From Bugula neritina (taxonomy: Eukaryota > Animalia > Bryozoa): a DNA stretch of 64,000 nucleotides. Both the position numbers and the translations under genes were made by a program. Positions 1-16,716 of this stretch are shown here, piece after piece. Position 1 is the first letter of the stretch. Each line of letters begins with the position of its first letter. The stretch lies in assembly GCA_964035545.1 (NCBI GenBank), contig OZ037767.1:17948259-18012258 (forward strand), given 5' to 3'. The notes under the pieces are model-generated. The model ran no database searches, was not told the origin of the DNA, and was given only the letters and a program-made list of their open reading frames with translations.

Positions 1-3000
1 ACTGCAAGATACCGCAACATACTGAATTGCACTTTAACATACTGAAATACACTGCAACATACTGACTTATACTGACATACACTGGAACATATTGCAATAC
101 ACTGCAACAAATTGAAGTATACTGCAACACACTGAAGTATACTGTAATATACAGAAATGTACTGTAACAAACTGAAATACACTGCAACACACTGAAGTAT
201 ACTGTAATATACAGAAATGTACTGTAACAAACTGAAACATAGGTATACATACTGAAATACACTGCCACATACTGAAATACACTGCTACATACTGAAATTT
301 ACTGCAACATACTGCAACATACTGAAATACACTGCAACATGCTACAACATATTGAAATAGACTGCAACACATTGAAATATACTTCAACATACTTAAATAT
401 ACAATAATATACTGAAATATACTGTAAAACATTGAAAAATACTGCAACATACTGGAGTATACTGCAAGATACCGCAACATACTGAAATACACTTTAACAT
501 ACTGAAATACACTTCAACATACTGACTTATACTGACAAACACTGGAACATATTGAGATACACTGCAACATACTGCAACATACTGCAACATACTGAATTAC
601 GGTGTAACATATTGAAATACACTGCAATACATTGGAATATACTGCAACACACTGAAACATACTGCAACATACTGAAATATACCGCAACATATCGAAGTAT
701 ATCGTAATATACGGACATGTCCTGCAACATACTGAAACATACTGAAACATACTAAAATATACTGGAACATACCGAAACAAACTGCAACATACTGCAATAT
801 ACTGGAATATCTTGCAAGATACTACAACATAGTGAAATACACTGCAACATACTGAAATATACTGTGACACACTGAAAGAGACTGCAACATACTGAAATAC
901 ACTGTAACATACTGAAATAGACTGCAACATACTGAAATACCCTGCTACATACTGAAATATACTGCAAGATACTACAACATATTGAAATACTTTGCAACAC
1001 ATTGAAACATACTGCAACATACCTAAATATATGGTAATATACTGAAATATACTGTAACATACTGAAATATACTGAAATATAATGCAAGATACTGCAACAT
1101 ACTGAAATACACTGCAACACACTGAAGTATACTGTAATATACACAAATGTACTGTAACAAACTGAAACATAGGTCAACATACTGAAATGTACTGCACCAT
1201 ACTGAAATACACTGTAATATACTGAATTACACTGCAACATACTGCAACATACTGAAATACGCTGTAACATATTGAAATACACTGCAACACATTGAAATAT
1301 ACTGTAACTCATTGAAATATAGTGTAATCAACGGAAATGTACTGTAACATACTGAAACATACTGAAACATACTAAAATATACTGGAGCATATCGAAACGT
1401 ACTGCAACATACTGAAATATACTGCGAGATACTGCAACATACTGAATTACAATGTAACATACTGAAATACACTGCAACATACTGCAACATACTGAATTAC
1501 AGTGTAACATATTGAAATACACTGCAATACATTGAAATACACTGCAACACACTGAAACATACTGCAGCATACTGAAATATACTGCAACATATCGAAGTGT
1601 ATCGTAATATACGCACATGTACTGTAACATACTGAAACATAACGTAACATACTAAAATATACTGGAACATAGCGGAACATACTGCAACATAATGAAATAT
1701 ACTGTACCACACTGAAATATACGGCAAAATACTGAAATATACTTCAACATACTGAAATATACTGCAACATACTGCAACACACGGAAGTTTGCTGTAACAT
1801 GTTAAAATGCACGGCAACATGCTGAAATACACTGCAACAAACCTAGATATATGGGAATATACTGAAATATACTGTACTACGTTGAAAAACACTGCAACAT
1901 ATTGAAATATGCTGTAGCACAATGAAATACACTGCAACTCACTAAAATATAGTGTAATATGCCGAAATGTACTGTAACATACTGGAATATACTGTAACAC
2001 ACTGAAATGTACTGCAACATACTGAAATACACTGTAACGTTTTAAAATATACTGCAACATACTGAAACACACTGCAAAATACTACAACATACTGAAATAC
2101 ACTGCAACATACTGAAATATACTGTGACACACTGAAATATACTGCAACATACTGAAATACACTGTAACATACTGAAATACACTGCAACATACTGAAATAC
2201 ACTGCTACATACTGAAATATACTGCAAGATACTGCAACATACTGAAATACAGTGTAACATACTGAAATACACTGCAACATGCTGCATTATACTGACATAC
2301 ACTGGAACATATTGAAATACATTGCAACACATTGAAATATACTGCAACACACCGAAACATACAGCAACATATTGAAATATGCTGTAGCATACTGAAATAC
2401 ACTGCAACACACTGAAGTATACTGTAATATACAGAAATGTACTGTAACAAACTGAAACATACGTCAACATACTGAAATACACTGCCACATACTGAAATAT
2501 ACTGCAAAATACTGAAATATACTGCAACACACTACAACTTACTGAAATACACTGTAACATACTGAAATACACTGCAAAATACTACAATATACTGAAATAC
2601 ACTGTAACATATTGAAATACACTGCAACACATTGAAATATACTGCAACATACCGACATATATGGTAAACTACTGAGATATACTGTAACACACAGAAAAAT
2701 ACTGCAATATACTGAAATATACTGTAACACACTGAAATATACTGCAACATACTGAAATACACTGAAACATACTGAAACACACTGCAACATACTGCAACAT
2801 ACTACAACATACTGCAACATACTGCAACACACGGAAGTTTGCTGTAACATATTGAAATGCACCGCAACATACTGAAATACACTGCAACTTATTGAAATAT
2901 ACTGCACAATACCGAAATATATGGTAAACTACTGAAATATACTGTAACACATAGAAAAATACTGCAATATACTGAAATATACTGTAACACACTGAAATAT

Positions 3001-4041
3001 ACTGCAACATACTGAAATACACTGTAACATACTGAAACATACTGCAACATACTGAAATACATTGCAACATACTACAACATATTGAAATACACTGCAACAC
3101 ACTGAAATATACTGCAACATACCTAAAAATACGATAATATACTGAAATATACTGTAAAACATTGAAAAATACTGCAACATACTGGAGTATACTGCAAGAT
3201 ACCGCAACATACTGAATTGCACTTTAACATACTGAAATACACTGCAACATACTGACTTATACTGACATACACTGGAACATATTGCAATACACTGCAACAA
3301 ATTGAAGTATACTGCAACACACTGAAGTATACTGTAATATACAGAAATGTACTGTAACAAACTGAAATACACTGCAACACACTGAAGTATACTGTAATTT
3401 ACAGAAATGTACTGTAACAAACTGAAAGATACGTATACATACTGAAATACACTGCCACATACTGAAATACACTGCTACATACTGAAATTTACTGCAACAT
3501 ACTGCAACATACTGAAATACACTGCAACATACTACAACATATTGAAATAGACTGCAACACATTGAAATATACTGCAACATACTTAAATATACGATAATAT
3601 ACTGAAATATACTGTAAAACATTGAAAAATACTGCAACATACTGGAGTATACTGCAAGATACCGCAACATACTGAAATACACTTTAACATACTGAAATAC
3701 ACTTCAACATACTGACTTATACTGACAAACACTGGAACATATTGAGATACACTGCAACATACTGCAACATACTGCAACATGCTGGATTACGGTGTAACAT
3801 CTTGAAATACACTGCAATACATTGGAATATACTGCAACACACTGAAACATACTGCAACATACTGAAATATACCGCAACATATCGAAGTATATCGTAATAT
3901 ACGGACATGTACTGTAACATACTGAAACATACTGAAACGAACTATAATATACTGGAACATACCGAAACATACTGCAACATAATGAAATATACTGTACCAC
4001 GAAATGTACTGTAACATATTTGAATATACTGTAACACACTG

Positions 4042-7000
4042 AAATATACTGCAACATATTGAAATACACTGTAACATAATGAAACATACTGCAACATAGT
4101 GAAATACACTGCAACATACTACAACATATTGAAATACACTGCAACACATTGAAATATACTGCAACATACCTAAATATACGGTAATATACTGAAATATACT
4201 GTAACACATTGAAAAATACTGCAACATACTGGAATATACTGCAAGATACTGCAACACACTGAAATACACTTTAACATACTGAAACACACTTCAACATACT
4301 GACTTATACTGACATACACTGGAACATATTGAGATACACTGCAACAAATTGAAGTATACTGCAACACACTGAAACATACGGCAAAATGCTGAAATATACT
4401 GCGACACATTGAAATATACTGCAACATACTGCAATATACTGGAATATAATGCAAGATACTGCAACATACTGAAATACACTGTGACATACTGAGATACACT
4501 GCAACATACTGCAACATACTGCAACATACTGAAATACACTGTAACATATTGAAATACACTGTAATACATTGAAATATACTGCAACACACTGAAACATACT
4601 GCAACATACTGAAATTTACCGCAACATATCGAAGTATATCGTAATATACGGACATGTACTGTAACATACTGAAACATACTGAAACATACTAAAATATACT
4701 GGAACATACCGAAACATACTGCAACATAATGAAACATACTGTACCACGAAATGTACTGTAACATATTGGACTATACTGTAACACACTGAAATATACTGCA
4801 ACATATTGAAATACACTGTAACATAATGAAAAATACTGCAACATACTGCAACATACTGCAACATACTGAAATACACTGTAACATACTGAAATACACTGCA
4901 ACATACTACAACATAGTGAAATACACTGCAACATACTGAAATATACTGTGACACACTGAAAGAGACTGCAACATACTGAAATACACTGTAACATGCTGAA
5001 ATACACTGCAACATACTGAAATACCCTGCTACATACTGAATTATACTGCAAGATACTACATCATATTGAAATACACTGCAACACATTGAAATATACTGCA
5101 ACATACCTAAATATATGGTAATATACTGAAATATACTGTAACATACTGAAATATACTGCAAGACACTGCAACATACTGAAATGCACTTTAACATACTGAA
5201 ATACACTGCAACATACTGACTTATACCAACATACACTGGAACATATTGAAATACACTGCAACAAATTGAAGTATGCTGCAACACACTGAAACATACGGCA
5301 ACATGCTGAAATATACAGCGACACATTGAAATATACTGCAACATACTGCAATATACTGAAATATAATGCAAGATACTGCAACATACTGAAATACACTGTG
5401 ACATACTCAGATACACTGCAACATACTGCAACATACTGAAATACACTGTAACTTATTGAAATACACTGCAACACATTGAAATATACTGCAACACACCGAA
5501 ACATACGGCAACATACTGAAATATGATGTAGCATACTGAAATACACTGCAACACACTGAAGTATACTGTAATATACACAAATGTACTGTAACAAACTGAA
5601 ACATACGTCAACATACTGAAATGTACTGCACCATACTGAAATACACTGTAATATACTGAATTACACTGCAACATACTGCAACATACTGAAATACGCTGTA
5701 ACATATTGAAATACACTGCAACACATTGAAATATACTGTAACTCACTGAAATATAGTGTAGTCAACGGAAATGTAGTGTAACATACTGAAACATACTGAA
5801 ACATACTAAAATATACTGGCGCATACCGAAACGTACTGCAACATACTGAAATATACTGCGAGATACTGCAACATACTGAAATACACTGTAACATACTGAA
5901 ATACACTGCAACATACTGCAACATACTGCAACATACTGAATTACAGTGTAACATATTGACATACACAGCAATACATTGAAATATACTGCAACACACTGAA
6001 ACATACTGCAGCATACTGAAATATACTGCAACATATCGAAGTGTATCGTAATATACGGACATGTACTGTAACATACTGAAACATAACGAAACATACTAAA
6101 TTATACTGGAACATACCGGAACATACTGCAACATAATGAAATATACTGTACCACACTGAAATATACGGCAAAATACTGAAATATACTTGAACATACTGAA
6201 ATATACTGCAACATACTGCAACACATGGAAGTTTGCTGTAACATGTTAAAATGCACGGAAACATACTGAAATACACTGCAACAAACCAAAATATATGGGA
6301 ATATACTGAAATATACTGTACTACGTTGAAAAACCCTGCAACATTCTGCAACATACTGAAATACACTGTAACATACTGAAATACACTGCAACATACTACA
6401 ACATACTGAAATACACTGTAACATACTGAAATACACTGCAACACATTGAAATATACTGCAACACACTGAAACATACGGCAACATGCAGAAATATACTGCG
6501 ACACATTGCAATATACTGCAAGATACTGCAACATACTGAAATACAGTGTAACATACTGAAATACACTGCAACATACTGCATTATACTGACATACACTGGA
6601 ACATATTGAAATACACTGCAACAATTTGAAGTATACTGCAACACACTGAAACATACGGCAACATACTCAAATATACTGCAACATATTGAAATACACTGTA
6701 ACATAATGAAACATACTGCAACATAGTGAAATACACTGCAACATACTACAACATATTGAAATACACTGCAACACATTGAAATATACTGCAACATACCTAA
6801 ATATACGGTAATATACTGAAATATACTGTAACACATTGAAAAATACTGCAACATACTGGAATATACTGCAAGATACTGCAACACACTGAAATACACTTTA
6901 ACATACTGAAACACACTTCAACATACTGACTTATACTGACATACACTGGAACATATTGAGATACACTGCAACAAATTGAAGTATACTGCAACACACTGAA

Positions 7001-9210
7001 ACATACGGCAAAATGCTGAAATATACTGCGACACATTGAAATATACTGCAACATACTGCAATATACTGGAATATAATGCAAGATACTGCAACATACTGAA
7101 ATACACTGTGACATACTGAGATACACTGCAACATACTGCAACATACTGCAACATACTGAAATACACTGTAACATATTGAAATACACTGTAATACATTGAA
7201 ATATACTGCAACACACTGAAACATACTGCAACATACTGAAATTTACCGCAACATATCGAAGTATATCGTAATATACGGACATGTACTGTAACATACTGAA
7301 ACATACTGAAACATACTAAAATATACTGGAACATACCGAAACATACTGCAACATAATGAAACATACTGTACCACGAAATGTACTGTAACATATTGAAATA
7401 CACTGTAACATAATGAAAAATACTGCAACATACTGCAACATACTGCAACATACTGAAATACACTGTAACATACTGAAATACACTGCAACATACTACAACA
7501 TAGTGAAATACACTGCAACATACTGAAATATACTGTGACACACTGAAAGAGACTGCAACATACTGAAATACACTGTAACATGCTGAAATACACTGCAACA
7601 TACTGAAATACCCTGCTACATACTGAATTATACTGCAAGATTCTACATCATATTGAAATACACTGCAACACATTGAAATATACTGCAACATACCTAAATA
7701 TATGGTAATATACTGAAATATACTGTAACATACTGAAATATACTGCAAGACACTGCAACATACTGAAATGCACTTTAACATACTGAAATACACTGCAACA
7801 TACTGACTTATACCAACATACACTGGAACATATTGAAATACACTGCAACAAATTGAAGTATGCTGCAACACACTGAAACATACGGCAACATGCTGAAATA
7901 TACAGCGACACATTGAAATATACTGCAACATACTGCAATATACTGAAATATAATGCAAGATACTGCAACATACTGAAATACACTGTGACATACTCAGATA
8001 CACTGCAACATACTGCAACATACTGAAATACACTGTAACTTATTGAAATACACTGCAACACATTGAAATATACTGCAACACACCGAAACATACGGCAACA
8101 TACTGAAATATGATGTAGCATACTGAAATACACTGCAACACACTGAAGTATACTGTAATATACACAAATGTACTGTAACAAACTGAAACATACGTCAACA
8201 TACTGAAATGTACTGCACCATACTGAAATACACTGTAATATACTGAATTACACTGCAACATACTGCAACATACTGAAATACGCTGTAACATATTGAAATA
8301 CACTGCAACACATTGAAATATACTGTAACTCACTGAAATATAGTGTAGTCAACGGAAATGTAGTGTAACATACTGAAACATACTGAAACATACTAAAATA
8401 TACTGGCGCATACCGAAACGTACTGCAACATACTGAAATATACTGCGAGATACTGCAACATACTGAAATACACTGTAACATACTGAAATACACTGCAACA
8501 TACTGCAACATACTGAATTACAGTGTAACATATTGACATACACAGCAATACATTGAAATATACTGCAACACACTGAAACATACTGCAGCATACTGAAATA
8601 TACTGCAACATATCGAAGTGTATCGTAATATACGGACATGTACTGTAACATACTGAAACATAACGAAACATACTAAATTATACTGGAACATACCGGAAAC
8701 ATACTGCAACATAATGAAATATACTGTACCACACTGAAATATACGGCAAAATACTAAAATATACTTGAACATACTGAAATATACTGCAACATACTACAAC
8801 ACATGGAAGTTTGCTGTAACATGTTAAAATGCACGGAAACATACTGAAATACACTGCAACAAACCAAAATATATGGGAATATACTGAAATATACTGTACT
8901 ACGTTGAAAAACCCTGCAACATTCTGCAACATACTGAAATACACTGTAACATACTGAAATACACTGCAACATACTACAACATACTGAAATACACTGTAAC
9001 ATACTGAAATACACTGCAACACATTGAAATATACTGCAACACACTGAAACATACGGCAACATGCAGAAATATACTGCGACACATTGCAATATACTGCAAG
9101 ATACTGCAACATACTGAAATACAGTGTAACATACTGAAATACACTGCAACATACTGCATTATACTGACATACACTGGAACATATTGAAATACACTGCAAC
9201 AAATTGAAGT
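4042..9210. repeat. Tandem duplication of ~2.6 kb (4042-6685 vs 6669-~9210)
   Basis: Identical ORF translations at offset 2627 (4170..4667 vs 6797..7294), then 2587 (5061 vs 7648) and 2577 (5941 vs 8518). The second copy has 40-bp and 10-bp deletions and a +1 insertion (ACCGGAAACAT, 8692-8702). Confidence 0.9.
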
Positions 9211-12200
9211 ATACTGCAACACACTGAAACATACAGCAACATGCTGAAATATACTGTAACACATTGAAAAACACTGCAAAATACTGAAAAATGCTGTAGC
9301 GCACTAAAATACACTGCAACTTACTGAAATACACTGTAACATACTGAAATACACTGCAAAATACTACGACATACTGAAAAACAGTGTAACATAATTAAAT
9401 ACACTGCAACACATTGAAATATACTGCAACATACCGACAAATATGGTAAACTACTGAAATATACTGTAACACATAGAAAAACACTGCAATATACTGAAAT
9501 ATACTGTAACACACTGAAATACTTTGCAACATACTCAAATATACTGCAACACATTGAAATATACTGCAACATACTGAAATATAATGCACGATACTGCGAC
9601 ATACTGAAATGCACTGTGACATACTGAGATACACTGCAACATACTGCAACATACTGCAACACACGGAAGTTTGCTGTAACATATTGAAATGCACCGCAAC
9701 ACACTGAAATACACTGCAACTTATTGAAATATACTGCAACATACCGAAATATATGGTAAACTACTGAAATATACTGTAACACATTGAAAAATACTGCAAT
9801 ATACTGAAATATACTGTAACACACTGAAATATACTGCAACATACTGAAATACACTGTAACTTACTGAAACATACTGCAACATACTGAAATACACTGCAAC
9901 ATACTACAACATATTGAAATACACTGCAACACACTGAAATATACTGCAACATACCTAAAAATACGATAATATACTGAAATATACTGTAAAACATTGAAAA
10001 ATACTGCAACATATTGGAGTATACTGCAAGATACCGCAACATACTGAATTGCACTTTAAGATACCGAAATACACTGCAACATACTGACTTATACTGACTT
10101 ACACTGGAACATATTGAAATACACTGCAACAAATTGAAGTATACTGCAACACACTGAAGTATACTGTAATATACAGAAATGTACTGTAACAAACTGAAAC
10201 ATAGGTATACATACTGAAATACACTGCCACATACTGAAATACACTGCTACATACTGAAATTTACTGCAACATACTGCAACATACTGAAATACACTGCAAC
10301 ATGCTACAACATATTGAAATAGACTGCAACACATTGAAATATACTTCAACATACTTAAATATACAATAATATACTGAAATATACTGTAAAACATTGAAAA
10401 ATACTGCAACATACTGGAGTATACCGCAAGATACCGCAACATACTGAAATACACTTTAACATACTGAAATACACTTCAACATACTGACTTATACTGACAA
10501 ACACTGGAACATATTGAGATACACTGCAACAAATTGAAGTATACTGCAACACACTGAAACATACGGCAAAATGCTGAAATATACTGCGACACATTGAAAT
10601 ATACTGCAACATACTGCAATATACTGGAATATAATGCAAGATACTGCAACATACTGAAATACACTGTGACATACTGAGATACACTGCAACATACTGCAAC
10701 ATACTGCAACATACTGAAATACACTGTAACATATTGAAATACACTGTAATACATTGAAATATACTGCAACACACTGAAACATACTGCAACATACTGAAAT
10801 TTACCGCAACATATCGAAGTATATCGTAATATACGGACATGTACTGTAACATACTGAAACATACTGAAACATACTAAAATATACTGGAACATACCGAAAC
10901 ATACTGCAACATAATGAAACATACTGTACCACGAAATGTACTGTAACATATTGGACTATACTGTAACACACTGAAATATACTGCAACATATTGAAATACA
11001 CTGTAACATAATGAAAAATACTGCAACATACTGCAACATACTGCAACATACTGAAATACACTGTAACATACTGAAATACACTGCAACATACTACAACATA
11101 GTGAAATACACTGCAACATACTGAAATATACTGTGACACACTGAAAGAGACTGCAACATACTGAAATACACTGTAACATGCTGAAATACACTGCAACATA
11201 CTGAAATACCCTGCTACATACTGAATTATACTGCAAGATACTACATCATATTGAAATACACTGCAACACATTGAAATATACTGCAACATACCTAAATATA
11301 TGGTAATATACTGAAATATACTGTAACATACTGAAATATACTGCAAGACACTGCAACATACTGAAATGCACTTTAACATACTGAAATACACTGCAACATA
11401 CTGACTTATACCAACATACACTGGAACATATTGAAATACACTGCAACAAATTGAAGTATGCTGCAACACACTGAAACATACGGCAACATGCTGAAATATA
11501 CAGCGACACATTGAAATATACTGCAACATACTGCAATATACTGAAATATAATGCAAGATACTGCAACATACTGAAATACACTGTGACATACTCAGATACA
11601 CTGCAACATACTGCAACATACTGAAATACACTGTAACTTATTGAAATACACTGCAACACATTGAAATATACTGCAACACACCGAAACATACGGCAACATA
11701 CTGAAATATGATGTAGCATACTGAAATACACTGCAACACACTGAAGTATACTGTAATATACACAAATGTACTGTAACAAACTGAAACATACGTCAACATA
11801 CTGAAATGTACTGCACCATACTGAAATACACTGTAATATACTGAATTACACTGCAACATACTGCAACATACTGAAATACGCTGTAACATATTGAAATACA
11901 CTGCAACACATTGAAATATACTGTAACTCACTGAAATATAGTGTAGTCAACGGAAATGTAGTGTAACATACTGAAACATACTGAAACATACTAAAATATA
12001 CTGGCGCATACCGAAACGTACTGCAACATACTGAAATATACTGCGAGATACTGCAACATACTGAAATACACTGTAACATACTGAAATACACTGCAACATA
12101 CTGCAACATACTGCAACATACTGAATTACAGTGTAACATATTGACATACACAGCAATACATTGAAATATACTGCAACACACTGAAACATACTGCAGCATA

Positions 12201-15200
12201 CTGAAATATACTGCAACATATCGAAGTGTATCGTAATATACGGACATGTACTGTAACATACTGAAACATAACGAAACATACTAAATTATACTGGAACATA
12301 CCGGAACATACTGCAACATAATGAAATATACTGTACCACACTGAAATATACGGCAAAATACTGAAATATACTTGAACATACTGAAATATACTGCAACATA
12401 CTGCAACACATGGAAGTTTGCTGTAACATGTTAAAATGCACGGAAACATACTGAAATACACTGCAACAAACCAAAATATATGGGAATATACTGAAATATA
12501 CTGTACTACGTTGAAAAACCCTGCAACATTCTGCAACATACTGAAATACACTGTAACATACTGAAATACACTGCAACATACTACAACATACTGAAATACA
12601 CTGTAACATACTGAAATACACTGCAACACATTGAAATATACTGCAACACACTGAAACATACGGCAACATGCAGAAATATACTGCGACACATTGCAATATA
12701 CTGCAAGATACTGCAACATACTGAAATACAGTGTAACATACTGAAATACACTGCAACATACTGCATTATACTGACATACACTGGAACATATTGAAATACA
12801 CTGCAACAATTTGAAGTATACTGCAACACACTGAAACATACGGCAACATACTCAAATATACTGCAACATATTGAAATACACTGTAACATAATGAAACATA
12901 CTGCAACATAGTGAAATACACTGCAACATACTACAACATATTGAAATACACTGCAACACATTGAAATATACTGCAACATACCTAAATATACGGTAATATA
13001 CTGAAATATACTGTAACACATTGAAAAATACTGCAACATACTGGAATATACTGCAAGATACTGCAACACACTGAAATACACTTTAACATACTGAAACACA
13101 CTTCAACATACTGACTTATACTGACATACACTGGAACATATTGAGATACACTGCAACAAATTGAAGTATACTGCAACACACTGAAACATACGGCAAAATG
13201 CTGAAATATACTGCGACACATTGAAATATACTGCAACATACTGCAATATACTGGAATATAATGCAAGATACTGCAACATACTGAAATACACTGTGACATA
13301 CTGAGATACACTGCAACATACTGCAACATACTGCAACATACTGAAATACACTGTAACATATTGAAATACACTGTAATACATTGAAATATACTGCAACACA
13401 CTGAAACATACTGCAACATACTGAAATTTACCGCAACATATCGAAGTATATCGTAATATACGGACATGTACTGTAACATACTGAAACATACTGAAACATA
13501 CTAAAATATACTGGAACATACCGAAACATACTGCAACATAATGAAACATACTGTACCACGAAATGTACTGTAACATATTGAAATACACTGTAACATAATG
13601 AAAAATACTGCAACATACTGCAACATACTGCAACATACTGAAATACACTGTAACATACTGAAATACACTGCAACATACTACAACATAGTGAAATACACTG
13701 CAACATACTGAAATATACTGTGACACACTGAAAGAGACTGCAACATACTGAAATACACTGTAACATGCTGAAATACACTGCAACATACTGAAATACCCTG
13801 CTACATACTGAATTATACTGCAAGATTCTACATCATATTGAAATACACTGCAACACATTGAAATATACTGCAACATACCTAAATATATGGTAATATACTG
13901 AAATATACTGTAACATACTGAAATATACTGCAAGACACTGCAACATACTGAAATGCACTTTAACATACTGAAATACACTGCAACATACTGACTTATACCA
14001 ACATACACTGGAACATATTGAAATACACTGCAACAAATTGAAGTATGCTGCAACACACTGAAACATACGGCAACATGCTGAAATATACAGCGACACATTG
14101 AAATATACTGCAACATACTGCAATATACTGAAATATAATGCAAGATACTGCAACATACTGAAATACACTGTGACATACTCAGATACACTGCAACATACTG
14201 CAACATACTGAAATACACTGTAACTTATTGAAATACACTGCAACACATTGAAATATACTGCAACACACCGAAACATACGGCAACATACTGAAATATGATG
14301 TAGCATACTGAAATACACTGCAACACACTGAAGTATACTGTAATATACACAAATGTACTGTAACAAACTGAAACATACGTCAACATACTGAAATGTACTG
14401 CACCATACTGAAATACACTGTAATATACTGAATTACACTGCAACATACTGCAACATACTGAAATACGCTGTAACATATTGAAATACACTGCAACACATTG
14501 AAATATACTGTAACTCACTGAAATATAGTGTAGTCAACGGAAATGTAGTGTAACATACTGAAACATACTGAAACATACTAAAATATACTGGCGCATACCG
14601 AAACGTACTGCAACATACTGAAATATACTGCGAGATACTGCAACATACTGAAATACACTGTAACATACTGAAATACACTGCAACATACTGCAACATACTG
14701 AATTACAGTGTAACATATTGACATACACAGCAATACATTGAAATATACTGCAACACACTGAAACATACTGCAGCATACTGAAATATACTGCAACATATCG
14801 AAGTGTATCGTAATATACGGACATGTACTGTAACATACTGAAACATAACGAAACATACTAAATTATACTGGAACATACCGGAAACATACTGCAACATAAT
14901 GAAATATACTGTACCACACTGAAATATACGGCAAAATACTGAAATATACTTGAACATACTGAAATATACTGCAACATACTACAACACATGGAAGTTTGCT
15001 GTAACATGTTAAAATGCACGGAAACATACTGAAATACACTGCAACAAACCAAAATATATGGGAATATACTGAAATATACTGTACTACGTTGAAAAACCCT
15101 GCAACATTCTGCAACATACTGAAATACACTGTAACATACTGAAATACACTGCAACATACTACAACATACTGAAATACACTGTAACATACTGAAATACACT

Positions 15201-16716
15201 GCAACACATTGAAATATACTGCAACACACTGAAACATACGGCAACATGCAGAAATATACTGCGACACATTGCAATATACTGCAAGATACTGCAACATACT
15301 GAAATACAGTGTAACATACTGAAATACACTGCAACATACTGCATTATACTGACATACACTGGAACATATTGAAATACACTGCAACAAATTGAAGTATACT
15401 GCAACACACTGAAACATACAGCAACATGCTGAAATATACTGTAACACATTGAAAAACACTGCAAAATACTGAAAAATGCTGTAGCGCACTAAAATACACT
15501 GCAACTTACTGAAATACACTGTAACATACTGAAATACACTGCAAAATACTACGACATACTGAAAAACAGTGTAACATAATTAAATACACTGCAACACATT
15601 GAAATATACTGCAACATACCGACAAATATGGTAAACTACTGAAATATACTGTAACACATAGAAAAACACTGCAATATACTGAAATATACTGTAACACACT
15701 GAAATACTTTGCAACATACTCAAATATACTGCAACACATTGAAATATACTGCAACATACTGAAATATAATGCACGATACTGCGACATACTGAAATGCACT
15801 GTGACATACTGAGATACACTGCAACATACTGCAACATACTGCAACACACGGAAGTTTGCTGTAACATATTGAAATGCACCGCAACACACTGAAATACACT
15901 GCAACTTATTGAAATATACTGCAACATACCGAAATATATGGTAAACTACTGAAATATACTGTAACACATTGAAAAATACTGCAATATACTGAAATATACT
16001 GTAACACACTGAAATATACTGCAACATACTGAAATACACTGTAACTTACTGAAACATACTGCAACATACTGAAATACACTGCAACATACTACAACATATT
16101 GAAATACACTGCAACACACTGAAATATACTGCAACATACCTAAAAATACGATAATATACTGAAATATACTGTAAAACATTGAAAAATACTGCAACATATT
16201 GGAGTATACTGCAAGATACCGCAACATACTGAATTGCACTTTAAGATACCGAAATACACTGCAACATACTGACTTATACTGACTTACACTGGAACATATT
16301 GAAATACACTGCAACAAATTGAAGTATACTGCAACACACTGAAGTATACTGTAATATACAGAAATGTACTGTAACAAACTGAAACATAGGTATACATACT
16401 GAAATACACTGCCACATACTGAAATACACTGCTACATACTGAAATTTACTGCAACATACTGCAACATACTGAAATACACTGCAACATGCTACAACATATT
16501 GAAATAGACTGCAACACATTGAAATATACTTCAACATACTTAAATATACAATAATATACTGAAATATACTGTAAAACATTGAAAAATACTGCAACATACT
16601 GGAGTATACCGCAAGATACCGCAACATACTGAAATACACTTTAACATACTGAAATACACTTCAACATACTGACTTATACTGACAAACACTGGAACATATT
16701 GAGATACACTGCAACA
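4316..16716. repeat. Near-perfect 6,185-bp tandem duplication (4316-10531 vs 10501-16716)
   Basis: Constant offset 6185 in the ORF track (4616/10801, 6797/12982, 9761/15946). Flanking mismatches are at 4315/10500 and 10532/16717. One internal substitution was noticed (8756 A vs 14941 G). Confidence 0.95.
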
